Shown piece by piece: positions 28,733 to 39,105 of a DNA stretch of 64,000 nucleotides (position 1 is its first letter; each line of letters starts with the position of its first letter). The translations under genes were made by a program, and so were the position numbers. This DNA is from Bdellovibrionota bacterium (GTDB lineage: Bacteria; Bdellovibrionota_C; UBA2361; JBIKWN01). The stretch spans positions 15,902 to 79,901 of the forward strand of contig JBIKWN010000006.1 in the NCBI GenBank assembly GCA_044356295.1, read 5' to 3'. Under the pieces are notes generated by a model. The model was not told the DNA's origin and searched no databases. It saw only the letters and a list, made by a program, of their open reading frames with translations.

Positions 28733-28806
28733 GCACTCGTAGCTCAGTTGGATAGAGCAACCGCCTTCTAAGCGGTGGGTCGGAGGTTCGAATCCTCCCG
28801 AGTGCG
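28733..28806 (+). tRNA. tRNA-Arg (anticodon TCT), CCA not encoded
   Basis: Acceptor gcactcg/cgagtgc, D-arm gctcagttggatagagc, anticodon arm accgc-cttctaa-gcggt, T-loop ttcgaat. Confidence 0.96.
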
Positions 28807-29020
28807 ATTTTTAGATTTTTTAGTGCTTTAGTTAGAGGGAGGATTCGAACCTCAAAACAACAAGGTCGAATCGTTCTAAGGTTGCGGTGCGTAGCAGCGC
28901 AGCCTCCCGAGTGCGATTTTTAGATTTTTTAGTGCTTTAGTTAGAGGGAGGATTCGAACCTCAACAACAAGGTCGAATCATTCTAGGGGTACGATGCGTG
29001 GCAACGCAGCCTACCAATGC
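28794..29020 (+). repeat. Tandem ~109-bp repeats beginning with the tRNA-Arg 3' end
   Basis: Units start at 28794 and 28903 (cctcccgagtgcgatttttagattttttagtgctttagttagagggaggattcgaacctc...); degenerate third start at 29010. Confidence 0.9.
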
Positions 29021-29090
29021 CACTACTGTCCGGCAGCGAATCATTGAAGACATTTTTAGTAACGCGAAGGTCGCGAAGTACGCGAAGGGG
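29019..29090. repeat. cgcgaag REP-like element, left arm only
   Basis: ctactgtccgg...attgaagacatttttagtaacgcgaaggtcgcgaagtacgcgaagg matches the copies at 23200-23265 and 63926-63992. Confidence 0.85.
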
Positions 29091-29182
29091 GAAATTAAAA
29101 ATTTATTCGTACCGGGTAATTGTGTGACGCTTCGCTGATGTAAAGATATATCTGAGTCATTCGATTTGCTAGAATTTTATCT

Positions 29183-29518
29183 ATGCAAGAAATCACCTGG
29201 TCAGATTTTGAAAAAGTTGAATTGCGAGTTGGAACAATTATTGAAGTGAATGATTTTCCACAAGCTCGAAAGCCTGCCTTGAAATTAAAAATTGATTTCG
29301 GAGAAATCGGCATCCTTCAGTCAAGCGCTCAGATCACTGAACAGTATCCAAAAGAAGATCTTATTGGAAAGCAAATCCTTGCTGTGGTTAACTTTCCAAA
29401 AAAACAAATTGCAAACTTCTTCTCTGAGTGTCTTACGACTGGTGTAGCGAATCACGTGGGGGAAGTTATACTTGTTTCTCCTGATAAAAAAGTTCCTAAT
29501 GGGGCTCGTCTATTTTAA
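29183..29518 (+). CDS. csaA: CsaA/Trbp111 tRNA-binding / export chaperone
   Basis: DFEKVELRVGTI, ARKPA, SSAQIT, VVNFPKKQIA, VPNGARLF. Confidence 0.9.
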   Translation: MQEITWSDFEKVELRVGTIIEVNDFPQARKPALKLKIDFGEIGILQSSAQITEQYPKEDLIGKQILAVVNFPKKQIANFFSECLTTGVANHVGEVILVSPDKKVPNGARLF

Positions 29519-29549
29519 TACTAATCAGTTGCTTTTGCGTCGTTAGCTC

Positions 29550-30521
29550 ATGTTTCAAGATCTACTGTTCGATCAAATCTCTAACTATAAAAATGAGTTC
29601 AAAAGCATCCTCTTGGTAAATGCTGAAGTTTCTAAAGAACTCACAGAACCTCAGTTCAAAGAATATCTTTCTGTAATACAATCTGAAAAAGCAGCTTTTG
29701 ATGCATTATCTAAGATCTCTACTCATGCTTTCTCTTCCCTTTCACAGTTACGAGATATTCAATTTGATATAGTACTTTTTCAGGGGACACGATTTAAAGA
29801 AAGGAACCTTTCAGTACTTTCTGCGCTCCCAAACATTCTTAAATCTGGAGGACTTTTTATTGAAGTACTTTCGAATATGCACGGAGCTTCTCGGTATGAA
29901 AAAATCCTGAAACAATCTTATCAAGCAGAAATATTTTCTGATTCAAAAAGAAAAGCAAGGGTTTTCGGTATAGCTGATTTCAATCCGACATTTTTTAATC
30001 TTTCAGAACCAGTACTAGATAAAAATCAATCCCGAGCAAGCTTTAATAAAGGCGAATTAGATAAAGGGTCTTTGTTGTTAGCAGAATGTTTAGCGGGAAA
30101 ACTTTCTGGTGAAATTTTTGAATTCTGCTCTGGTAGTGGATTGTTAGCATCAAGGCTTACGAACGACTCTCCACTTATTACAAAATGCATTGGGTTTGAA
30201 TCTGACTTCGACTCGTACGAACGATCAAAGGAGATTGAAAATGATAAGATCTCTTTCCAATGGCAAGATATTCTTTCACTTCCTGAGTCAGTAAAATTTA
30301 AAACAATAGTAGTAAATCCACCGTTTCACGATGCTGACGGAGAAAATATAAAACTAGGATTGAAAATTATTCAGAAAGCATTGTCGCTTCTTAAAACAAA
30401 TGGCAATCTTTACGTCGTTCAAAATTCGCATCTGCCTTATTTAAGGGATCTCAAACTTCCAAAGAGAGCAGAGATACTAAGTCAACAAAACGGTTTTATG
30501 GTATGGCATTATGAGGCTTGA
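29550..30521 (+). CDS. RsmC/MTS-like class I SAM methyltransferase
   Basis: LDKGSLLL, EFCSGSG, VVNPPFH. Confidence 0.8.
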   Translation: MFQDLLFDQISNYKNEFKSILLVNAEVSKELTEPQFKEYLSVIQSEKAAFDALSKISTHAFSSLSQLRDIQFDIVLFQGTRFKERNLSVLSALPNILKSGGLFIEVLSNMHGASRYEKILKQSYQAEIFSDSKRKARVFGIADFNPTFFNLSEPVLDKNQSRASFNKGELDKGSLLLAECLAGKLSGEIFEFCSGSGLLASRLTNDSPLITKCIGFESDFDSYERSKEIENDKISFQWQDILSLPESVKFKTIVVNPPFHDADGENIKLGLKIIQKALSLLKTNGNLYVVQNSHLPYLRDLKLPKRAEILSQQNGFMVWHYEA

Positions 30522-31227
30522 TAGATTACTCAGTAATCGAGGTTACTGCTCAAGGAGTGAAGTAAAGCGCTTTATTAGAGAAAATCGAATCCGAATCGAT
30601 AATGAACCTGCTTACTCGCCTTCTCAAGCAATTCATAATGAATCAGTCTTTATCGATGATGAACCCATCGATCCTGAAATCATTACGATAATGCTCCATA
30701 AGCCAATAGGATTTGTTTGTAGCCACCGCGAACAAGGGCGATTGATTTACGAACTCCTTCCAGAACGTTGGTCTAATCTTAAACCACAACTCTCTTCTGT
30801 CGGTCGCCTCGATAAAGAGTCGAGTGGACTTTTAATCTTAACGAATGATGGTCAACTCAATCATCAACTCACTCAACCGAAAAAAGTCGGTAAGGTTTAT
30901 GCTGTAAAAACAAGAGATCCGCTCTCTGGTAATGAATCCTCCCTTTTTAGTAGTGGGACTTTTACGCTTCCTGATGAGGAGCAACCACTCCTTCCTGCAA
31001 CTTTTTTAGAACAGAGCCCTCATTCCGGTCTTTTAACCATTCATGAAGGCAAATACCACCAGATTCGACGTATGTTTGCTGCAGTTGGTAATGAAGTTAT
31101 CGAACTACACCGTACACAAATTGGGGATCTACCTCTTCTACCTGAAGAGCCTGGTGCTTGGTGCTTTTTAACTGATGATCAGCTCAAGCTCGCGCTTGCA
31201 CCTTCCTTCAGTCAAAAGCATAATTAG
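30511..31227 (+). CDS. RsuA family pseudouridine synthase
   Basis: [39 protein letters not shown]. Confidence 0.92.
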   Translation: MRLDRLLSNRGYCSRSEVKRFIRENRIRIDNEPAYSPSQAIHNESVFIDDEPIDPEIITIMLHKPIGFVCSHREQGRLIYELLPERWSNLKPQLSSVGRLDKESSGLLILTNDGQLNHQLTQPKKVGKVYAVKTRDPLSGNESSLFSSGTFTLPDEEQPLLPATFLEQSPHSGLLTIHEGKYHQIRRMFAAVGNEVIELHRTQIGDLPLLPEEPGAWCFLTDDQLKLALAPSFSQKHN

Positions 31228-31234
31228 CCCCCTT

Positions 31235-31870
31235 ATGGAATATTTCATCGACCTCTTCTTACACCTCGACAAACACCTTGATACACTTGTTCTCTCTGCT
31301 GGGAATTGGACCTATGCAATACTCTTTCTCATTATTTTTTGCGAAACAGGATTAGTTGTTACTCCGATTCTTCCTGGTGATTCACTACTTTTTGCCGCAG
31401 GAGCTCTTGCAGCATTAAGTTCATTAAATATTTACTTATTAATTGTTCTTCTCACTATTGCAGCGATACTTGGAGATGCCGTCAATTATGCCATTGGAAG
31501 AAAATTAGGCATGAAAGCATTTGATAATCCAAATTCAAAGATTTTTAAAAAAGAGTACCTTGAAAAGACTCAAAGTTTTTACGAACGCTACGGTGGAAAA
31601 ACAATCATCATTGCTCGTTTTGTCCCAATTGTCAGAACCTTTGCTCCTTTCTTAGCAGGAGTAGGCAAAATGCCTTATTCGCAGTTTGGGTTCTATAATA
31701 TAACAGGGGCGATCTTCTGGATTACATCGATGACATACGCTGGGTATATTTTTGGCGGTATTGAAATCGTCAAAAAGAATTTTAGCGTTGTTGTTATATT
31801 AATTGTAATCCTATCTATCCTTCCTGCTGTATTCGAAGTAGTTCGATCGAGGAAGACAAAAAATAATTAA
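31235..31870 (+). CDS. dedA: DedA family membrane protein
   Basis: [38 protein letters not shown]; start MEYFID. Confidence 0.94.
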   Translation: MEYFIDLFLHLDKHLDTLVLSAGNWTYAILFLIIFCETGLVVTPILPGDSLLFAAGALAALSSLNIYLLIVLLTIAAILGDAVNYAIGRKLGMKAFDNPNSKIFKKEYLEKTQSFYERYGGKTIIIARFVPIVRTFAPFLAGVGKMPYSQFGFYNITGAIFWITSMTYAGYIFGGIEIVKKNFSVVVILIVILSILPAVFEVVRSRKTKNN

Positions 31871-31876
31871 AACTTT

Positions 31877-33847
31877 TCAGATCTCTTCAGCTTCAGGATA
31901 CACCCGCTTTAATGAATATGTTCTTGGAGCTGAAATAACGAGCGGTACCTTTTCTGTCATGACAGAACTGGTGTCTAGTCCAAAGCCGCGCTCTTCTGAT
32001 AGGGCAAAGCGTTTGAGTATTGAATAACCCAACATTATAGTTTGTTCATAGAAAGGAAGATCATTTTCAGCAGCAAGTGATTTTTCAAGAACAATAAACC
32101 TAAAATCACCTGGGATGTTGTTTTTTCGAAGTGATTCGTATCGACTTAAAATATCAACTTCATTGTTATTTGAAAGCTCTTCAAGAACTTGTCTAAATAA
32201 AACATTAATTCTCGGTTCAAGTCGAAAACCAAGACTAAAATCGATTCTAAAAACTTTTCCAGGAACAAGTGGCACAACTTCATATTCGGTTGTGTAAGGT
32301 TCATCAACAACATCGACATGAATAAACCAATATACATCTGCTTTCTTAGGGCGCTTACGAAAGATTGAATAAATAATTTTACTTTCAATCATTTCAGATA
32401 CAGGGGCACCTGTAAGATAGACAAGATGGGTTGAGAATTTAGGAATTGAAGCGTCTTTGCTGAGGTCTTCTAACGAATCCAAATGATCGCTCAGTGCAAC
32501 ATATTCTGTATATCGACGTTTCAAGCGAGTTGCTTGATTCCAGATCCACATTGAGGCAAAAAGTGCTCCTCCAATAATGACCGTGACGTATCCTCCATGC
32601 ATAAACTTAATGAGATTTGAAACGAGGAACGCACCTTCAATCGGAAGATAGAAACCAAGAAACAACCAGATTAATAAAGGGGAAATTCTTTTTAGTCGTA
32701 AATAAAAACTAAACAGTACTGTTGTCATTAACATAGTAATTGTAATTGACAACCCGTATGCAGCTTCCATGTTGCTTGATTCACGGAAATACAGAACAAC
32801 ACCAACGCATCCTAAAAATAACATCAAGTTTAAAGCAGGAACGTAAATCTGACCTTTAACTTCCGTAGGATAAACAATTCGACTCTTCGGAAAGAAATAA
32901 AGTCGAATTGCCTCAGCTACCAAAGTAAAAGAGCCTGAAATTAATGCCTGGCTGGCAATAATTGCAGCACCTGTTGCAATGGCAATTCCAAACATTAAGA
33001 ACCAGTCAGGCATCATTGCAAAAAAAGGATTTCTATCTTCAAGAGGTTGACCAATATTTTTAAGTAACCACGCACCTTGTCCGAAATAATTAATGAGTAA
33101 TGCAAGTTTTACAAAACCCCAACTAAACCTAATATTTGGTTTTCCGCAGTGCCCTAGATCAGAATAAAGAGCCTCCGCTCCAGTAGTACAAAGAAAAATT
33201 GCACCGAGCGCCCAAAAACCATGACTGTGATGAAACAGGAGTTGAAATCCATAGAGTGGATTTATAGCTCTAAGCACAGAAAAATTATCAACTAACTGAT
33301 TCATACCGAGAACTGCGAGCATCGTGAACCAGATAAACATTACTGGACCAAATAATTTCCCGACTGCTTTGGTTCCAAAATGCTGAACAGAAAAGAGCAA
33401 CGTAATAATGACTAAGACAATTGGTACTGTTGGAATGTCTGGATAGATAATCCTCAATCCTTCAATTGCAGAGGATACCGATATAGGGGGAGTAATAATT
33501 CCATCCGCGAGAAGAGCACTACCACCAATGATGGCAGGAAAAATCAACCATTTTGCTTGTCTTCTTGTTAGAGCAAATAGTGAAAAGATACCACCCTCAC
33601 CTTTATTGTCCGCTTGAAGAATCAACCAAACGTATTTAATCGTCGTTAGGGATGTCAGAGTCCAAAAAATTAAAGACAGTCCACCCAGAACTACTTCTTC
33701 AGATATATGCTCTAACCCTATGACTGCTTTTAATACATAGAGGGGTGAAGTACCTATATCTCCATATATGATACCTAATGCAACGAGAAACGTAGCGGCT
33801 GTAACCTTATTGTCATGCCCGTTATGATGAGTACTTGATGATGCCAT
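31877..33847 (-). CDS. kup: KUP/HAK/KT potassium uptake transporter
   Basis: GIIYGDIGTSPLY, ADNKGEGG, DGIITPPISV, TGAEALYSDLGH, GQIYVP. Confidence 0.96.
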   Translation of the reverse strand: MASSSTHHNGHDNKVTAATFLVALGIIYGDIGTSPLYVLKAVIGLEHISEEVVLGGLSLIFWTLTSLTTIKYVWLILQADNKGEGGIFSLFALTRRQAKWLIFPAIIGGSALLADGIITPPISVSSAIEGLRIIYPDIPTVPIVLVIITLLFSVQHFGTKAVGKLFGPVMFIWFTMLAVLGMNQLVDNFSVLRAINPLYGFQLLFHHSHGFWALGAIFLCTTGAEALYSDLGHCGKPNIRFSWGFVKLALLINYFGQGAWLLKNIGQPLEDRNPFFAMMPDWFLMFGIAIATGAAIIASQALISGSFTLVAEAIRLYFFPKSRIVYPTEVKGQIYVPALNLMLFLGCVGVVLYFRESSNMEAAYGLSITITMLMTTVLFSFYLRLKRISPLLIWLFLGFYLPIEGAFLVSNLIKFMHGGYVTVIIGGALFASMWIWNQATRLKRRYTEYVALSDHLDSLEDLSKDASIPKFSTHLVYLTGAPVSEMIESKIIYSIFRKRPKKADVYWFIHVDVVDEPYTTEYEVVPLVPGKVFRIDFSLGFRLEPRINVLFRQVLEELSNNNEVDILSRYESLRKNNIPGDFRFIVLEKSLAAENDLPFYEQTIMLGYSILKRFALSEERGFGLDTSSVMTEKVPLVISAPRTYSLKRVYPEAEEI

Positions 33848-33997
33848 AAACTTCCAAAACAACCCTCTAGAGGAGCAGATCATATACCGTTCACTTCAAC
33901 CTTCAACCCCTAGAATCACTTCCAGCTCAAAAAGCGAAAAGAATCCTAAGTTTCCCAAAGACTTGACATAGACGAATTGGTAAGGAAAAGTTAGCCC

Positions 33998-36076
33998 ATG
34001 CAAGATATTACCCCTTTCCTTCTTTTCGTCCTTAAATGTTCAACTATAGGTCTAGGCGCAATTGCTCTGGTCCTTGCCCTTAAACTTTACAATGACATCA
34101 AAAAACTTCCTGCCGGAGAGGGCAAGTTATTTGATGTTGCTCTTGCAATACGAACCGGAGCCTTCGCGTACCTGAATGAGCAATTCAAGTATATTGCTCC
34201 TTTTGCAGGTGCCGCATTCTTACTCATATTTTTTACCATTGGGTTTGATTCAGCTATTTCGTATCTTGTTGGTGCTGGATTTTCACTTCTCGCAGGCTAC
34301 CTTGGAATGAACGCAGCTACGATGGCAAACGTAAGAACTGCAGTCGTTGCTTCTCAAAATAAACCAAAAGAAGCTTTGATGGTTGCTTTCAATGGTGGAA
34401 GCGTCATGGGACTTATTGTTGCAGGACTAGGAATCATTGGTCTTGGAGTTCTTTTCTTCCTTTACGGCAACCCTGAGCATCATGAAGCAATTATTGGATT
34501 CGGATTAGGCGCATCATCAGTTGCTCTTTTCGCAAGAATTGGCGGAGGTATTTATACAAAAGCTGCTGACGTTGGTTCAGATCTTGTTGGAAAAATGGAA
34601 GCAGGAATTCCTGAAGATGACCCTCGTAACCCTGGTGTTATAGCTGATAACGTCGGTGATAACGTTGGTGACGTTGCAGGAATGGGTGCTGATATATTTG
34701 AATCATTCGTAAGCATTACTATTGGTTGCGTTGCCGTTGCAGCAACTCTAAGCCTTACAGATTTAGGAACTATTACTACTTGGACACTTGATAATCCGAC
34801 AACGATTCTTTTGGCTCAAAAAGTTGCAATGTTTACTCCAATATTTCAAGGAGTAATCGGACTTATCGCTTGTTTGATCGGAATGAAGATGATGTATGCG
34901 TTCAAAGAAGGTGAGCCTGCTGCTGCGCTTCGTAACGTTACAATTGCAACAACAGTAATTTATCTTGCTCTTGCATTTGCCTACTTCTTCTTTATGCCTG
35001 GTGTGAAATTCTCTTTATTCTTTACATTACTTGTTGGTGCTCTTGCAGGTTTAGGAATTGGGTTTGTGAGTGAATACTACACTGCATCAAAACCTATCTA
35101 TGCAATTTGTAATGCTTCCAAAACTGGTGCTGCTACAAATATTATTGCAGGTATAGCTACAGGATTTAGTTCATGTGCGGTGCCAATCTTACTAATCGTT
35201 ATCGCAACTGCTATTTCTCATGCAGTCGGTGGCGTATATGGTTCAGCATTAGCCGGTGTTTCAATGCTTGCAACTGTTGCAATCACTATGACAATCGATG
35301 CGTATGGTCCGATTGCAGATAATGCTGGTGGTATCAGCGAGATGGCAGGACTTGGTGCCGAGACTCGTGCAATCACTGATAAACTTGACGCAATTGGTAA
35401 TACCACTGCGGCAATAGGAAAAGGATTTGCAATTGGTGCTTCTGGATTAACAGCTTTATCACTTTTTGCTGCCTATGCTCAGGTTGTTCAAAGTGGAACT
35501 CGTCACTTTGATTTAAGCATTACAAACTCTAACCTTGTTATTGGAGTTTTTCTTGGTTCGATTGTCCCTGTTCTTGTAGCTGCATTCACGATGAGCTCAG
35601 TTGGTAAAGCTGCTGGACTTATGGTTGAAGAGATACGTCGACAGTTCAGAGAAATCCCAGGTCTTCTTGAAGGTCATCCTGATGCAAAACCTGACGTTCA
35701 AAAGTGTGTTGCTATTTCTACAAGAGCTGCACTATCTGAGATGCGCCTTCCTGGACTACTTGCTGTTGGCTCGCCAATAGCCGTTGGATTCATTCTTGGA
35801 GCTGAAGCTCTTGGTGGATTCCTTTTAGGTGTAACCGTTGTAGGAGTTGTCCTTGGAATCTTTATGGCAAACGCTGGTGGCGCTTGGGATAACGCTAAAA
35901 AATTCATCGAACAAGGACTTATTGCTGGTGAGAAAAAAGGAAGTGATGCTCACAAAGCTGCGGTTATTGGAGATACCGTAGGAGATCCTTTCAAAGATAC
36001 TTCAGGACCTGCTCTTAATATCCTTATAAAACTTGTTTCAATCCTTGCACTTGTTATTGCACCGTTACTGAAATAA
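33998..36076 (+). CDS. hppA: Membrane-bound cation-translocating pyrophosphatase, K+-dependent type (probably Na+-pumping)
   Basis: [34 protein letters not shown] (Ala marks the K+-dependent class), [14 protein letters not shown]. Confidence 0.96.
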   Translation: MQDITPFLLFVLKCSTIGLGAIALVLALKLYNDIKKLPAGEGKLFDVALAIRTGAFAYLNEQFKYIAPFAGAAFLLIFFTIGFDSAISYLVGAGFSLLAGYLGMNAATMANVRTAVVASQNKPKEALMVAFNGGSVMGLIVAGLGIIGLGVLFFLYGNPEHHEAIIGFGLGASSVALFARIGGGIYTKAADVGSDLVGKMEAGIPEDDPRNPGVIADNVGDNVGDVAGMGADIFESFVSITIGCVAVAATLSLTDLGTITTWTLDNPTTILLAQKVAMFTPIFQGVIGLIACLIGMKMMYAFKEGEPAAALRNVTIATTVIYLALAFAYFFFMPGVKFSLFFTLLVGALAGLGIGFVSEYYTASKPIYAICNASKTGAATNIIAGIATGFSSCAVPILLIVIATAISHAVGGVYGSALAGVSMLATVAITMTIDAYGPIADNAGGISEMAGLGAETRAITDKLDAIGNTTAAIGKGFAIGASGLTALSLFAAYAQVVQSGTRHFDLSITNSNLVIGVFLGSIVPVLVAAFTMSSVGKAAGLMVEEIRRQFREIPGLLEGHPDAKPDVQKCVAISTRAALSEMRLPGLLAVGSPIAVGFILGAEALGGFLLGVTVVGVVLGIFMANAGGAWDNAKKFIEQGLIAGEKKGSDAHKAAVIGDTVGDPFKDTSGPALNILIKLVSILALVIAPLLK

Positions 36077-36097
36077 TTTTTAAAAGATTAAAATTAT

Positions 36098-36137
36098 AAA
36101 AGCCGTTGTATTGATTAAACAATACAACGGCTTTTTT
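36098..36137. terminator. Bidirectional intrinsic terminator
   Basis: 16-bp perfect stem aaaagccgttgtattg / caatacaacggctttt between convergent genes. Confidence 0.85.
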
Positions 36138-36156
36138 ATATTACTTTACGGTCAGG

Positions 36157-36423
36157 CTATCCTCGTCTCATGACCTCACGATTGTCATTCACAAGCTCCT
36201 TAATATCTTCGACAGCATCCTTGGCTTGTTCAAAATAACTCGAAGCATTTTCAACATAGCGTTCAACCGCTGCTTTTGACCATGTATTATGTGTAGGAAT
36301 CTGAACTTTCCTCACAGCTTCGTTTACATACGGAATAGCACTAGGGAAAACTAATGCAACTTCATTATATCCCCACTGCGCGACACTCGAATAAAAAATA
36401 CATGCCAGAACAAAACGAATCAT
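36157..36423 (-). CDS. Hypothetical small exported/membrane protein
   Basis: GGGAG RBS, hydrophobic N-terminus. Confidence 0.6.
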   Translation of the reverse strand: MIRFVLACIFYSSVAQWGYNEVALVFPSAIPYVNEAVRKVQIPTHNTWSKAAVERYVENASSYFEQAKDAVEDIKELVNDNREVMRRG

Positions 36424-36610
36424 AGACTTCTCCCGCTTTTACTACTCTTTTTGGGGCTTTTGGATTCTTGAAGAACCACTATCCCTCGCAATGAATAAGC
36501 TATCGTTTTAGAGTCGAATTTATTTTAGCTTTGAGAGCTTTTTTTATTTTTTTCTAATAATTTTTTTGGGGAAATTGAAAAAGAGTACGTATTTTTATGA
36601 GACGAAAACC

Positions 36611-37363
36611 CTAAGACTTTTTAATAATTCGAACGCCACCGGCCCTATTTTGGCGTGTTGGGTCAGAGTGAAGCCTTGCTAATCGCTCTTTTTCAGCATC
36701 TTTCTCTATGCGCTCCTTTTCTTTTTTCTTCCAAGAAATTAACTCGTGAGGTGGCTTCATCGCCTCTGATTCTTTGATAACAAGATTGAAATAATATGTT
36801 CGAAGTGACTCGTCTAATCCCTGAATCGCTTTTGCATAAACTTTTAAATCTCGAACTTTTTCACCTGGACTAGAGCCAGTAACTTTTGAAGTTGCAATTG
36901 CATCAAGCGTGTTGAGAGCAGATGGAACTAAATGAGCAATTGCTGCTTCTTCTCTAGCACGACGTCTTTGTCGATGTGTAGAAGCAGCAAGAGTTGTGAC
37001 TTCTACTAATGAATCAACAGAAAACGGCTCAAGAAGAACCCCATCACATCCATCTAAAATACTTGATGTAAGACCTGCTTTGCCAGTTTCCCCGCTTAGT
37101 AATATTAAGTACGCGCTATCTTGACCTTGAGAGGTTTGCTTGGCTTCATCGATAAAAGTTCGGATTGATTTCTCACCTGATTCAGGACCAACAAAAACTA
37201 TAATTCTTTGGTCACCATCTTTTAAGACTTCAAGCCCTTTTTTAAATTCAGAACAAAGAGCTACAGAGCCAAAAGACAAGACTGAAGCAGTCGCGGCTTT
37301 AAGACGCATTCTGCGTTCACGGTTTGGATCCACAACAAGAATGTCATATTTTTCTAATGCCAT
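36611..37363 (-). CDS. Atypical (pseudo-)receiver domain protein
   Basis: ILVVDPN...GCDGVLLEPFS receiver fold lacking the canonical Asp and Lys; helical C-terminus. Confidence 0.6.
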   Translation of the reverse strand: MALEKYDILVVDPNRERRMRLKAATASVLSFGSVALCSEFKKGLEVLKDGDQRIIVFVGPESGEKSIRTFIDEAKQTSQGQDSAYLILLSGETGKAGLTSSILDGCDGVLLEPFSVDSLVEVTTLAASTHRQRRRAREEAAIAHLVPSALNTLDAIATSKVTGSSPGEKVRDLKVYAKAIQGLDESLRTYYFNLVIKESEAMKPPHELISWKKKEKERIEKDAEKERLARLHSDPTRQNRAGGVRIIKKS

Positions 37364-37397
37364 AAGTCTTCAAATACTAAACTAATCTTTCAGGATT

Positions 37398-38489
37398 CTA
37401 CCACGATAATTTTGACCAAACGAGTGCATGATCTGAGGCTTCTTGATAACCATTAATGATACCCGAGTTATAATTACCCTCTTTATCAATATTTTCGCGA
37501 AATAGAACAACAGCTTGTGGATTCACCAAAATATCATCGAGGAAAGAGAAAACTTTATTATATACAAAAGTCCCAGGTAGTTTAGCTGTTTCTGGATCAT
37601 TGGTTATCACACTGAAAAATTTTACTGGTTGGCGAATATTTCCTTGGCAAATAGGTGTTCCCCGTTTTGTTAATCGACAACGACCTTTTTCTTTAAAATC
37701 TTCAATTACTAACGAACCCTCTAAGATACGAGCAGATGCAGTATCGAAGTGAGCGTTTCTATCACCAAGCAGTATCACAGGCTCTCCAGCTTCCATCTGA
37801 TTTTTAAATCGATTTTCAAGCACGCGTCGAATTCCCTCTGCCATTTCCATTCGATAGGTCTCCCACTGCAATGCCGCAGGGTCATCTTTTGATCCACTCT
37901 TTGATTTAAAATGTAAATTAAGGATTGATATATTTTTATCTAATCTACCATCTTTGCCATCGACCGATATCTGAATCTCTAATGGTGAACGAGTAAACTG
38001 TCTTGGTTTTTGATTATTATCGAGTTTAGGAAGCAGCAGCCTTCGATATGTAACAGTATTTATAATTTGCGCCTTATCTGCAGCTACAAGAAATGCGTTC
38101 CTCTGAGAATTTTCATTTACATCACCGATCTTTGAAATAAAACGTCTACTTGTACTAATTTTTAAAATCTCTGCTAATCGATCGAGATTGAAAGCTGCAA
38201 TTTCATTAGTTGAACCAACTAGTTCTTGAAGTCCAATGACATCACATTCAGCTTTCATGAAACGCTTAATAAGGTCTTTTTCTTTAGCGTTTGGTTCAGC
38301 TTGTACAAGTTTTCCTGCGATTTTTTTTAGTGGTTCTCCGCTATAATTTTTAAGATTTTGACTGCATACGACTAAACTGGTCTTACGAGAATCCAATGAG
38401 ATATTTTCAAGATTGGTTCTGGATTGCGCTGATAGAAGCGATGCAAAACAAAAAAATAACAGGTTAAATTTAAATAAAACAGCTCTCAA
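37398..38489 (-). CDS. Exported endonuclease/exonuclease/phosphatase family protein
   Basis: Signal peptide, SQNLKN, IGLQEL, LHFKSK, LGDRN, LDDIL, SDH. Confidence 0.85.
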   Translation of the reverse strand: MRAVLFKFNLLFFCFASLLSAQSRTNLENISLDSRKTSLVVCSQNLKNYSGEPLKKIAGKLVQAEPNAKEKDLIKRFMKAECDVIGLQELVGSTNEIAAFNLDRLAEILKISTSRRFISKIGDVNENSQRNAFLVAADKAQIINTVTYRRLLLPKLDNNQKPRQFTRSPLEIQISVDGKDGRLDKNISILNLHFKSKSGSKDDPAALQWETYRMEMAEGIRRVLENRFKNQMEAGEPVILLGDRNAHFDTASARILEGSLVIEDFKEKGRCRLTKRGTPICQGNIRQPVKFFSVITNDPETAKLPGTFVYNKVFSFLDDILVNPQAVVLFRENIDKEGNYNSGIINGYQEASDHALVWSKLSW

Positions 38490-39036
38490 TCGAAACTCCA
38501 GTTTTTAATGCGTTCTTTAAACGAGACGTTGCAAGGTGACCAATTAATATCGCATCAATAATATCTTGATGTGACTTTACTACTGACAAACCAAAAGCTT
38601 TCAGTGAGTCCGCATAAAGCGTTTGCACAGTTTGTAATGCACTTTGCTTAACAACCGATCTCTGTAGCTGCTTACCTCTGAGCCCCATCACTTCAAACTG
38701 TACTGTCCGAGGAGAAATTCTTCCTGGAACTGAACAACCATGCTGCCTTCCTAATGTTTCGAATATACCCCTCACCCGTTCTACTTTGAAAGCAGCTTTT
38801 GGATCAATCATAGTCGTTTCTGATTCGCATATAACGACATCAGAGTTTCCGAAATTAAAGTGATTAAAAAGTTCCACAATCTGCTTCTGTAAATCATCAT
38901 ATCGCTGAGACAACGAATGCTGAGACGCCGGTAAGCTCTTTATTTTACCAACTGCCTGCAAAGAATTCGTTGAAACCTCAAAAACTGCCCATCCCGAACA
39001 GGTAAGACTAGGATCGACCGCTAACACATACCGCAT
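38470..39036 (-). CDS. RuvC-like RNase H-fold nuclease / Holliday junction resolvase
   Basis: VLAVDPSLTCSGWA, VICES, HQDIIDAILIG catalytic acidic pattern. Confidence 0.75.
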   Translation of the reverse strand: MRYVLAVDPSLTCSGWAVFEVSTNSLQAVGKIKSLPASQHSLSQRYDDLQKQIVELFNHFNFGNSDVVICESETTMIDPKAAFKVERVRGIFETLGRQHGCSVPGRISPRTVQFEVMGLRGKQLQRSVVKQSALQTVQTLYADSLKAFGLSVVKSHQDIIDAILIGHLATSRLKNALKTGVSIESCFI

Positions 39037-39105
39037 GCTCCTATTTTTAACTGTTTAGGAAAGGTAGACAAAGCCCCTAAAAAGCTGAGAAACTCACCCC
39101 TCGTT

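Noticed and set aside
28794..29020. tRNA-Arg 3' duplication as attL/attR of a prophage or ICE
   Set aside because: Only 109 bp between the repeats and no integrase or cargo; kept as a repeat finding instead
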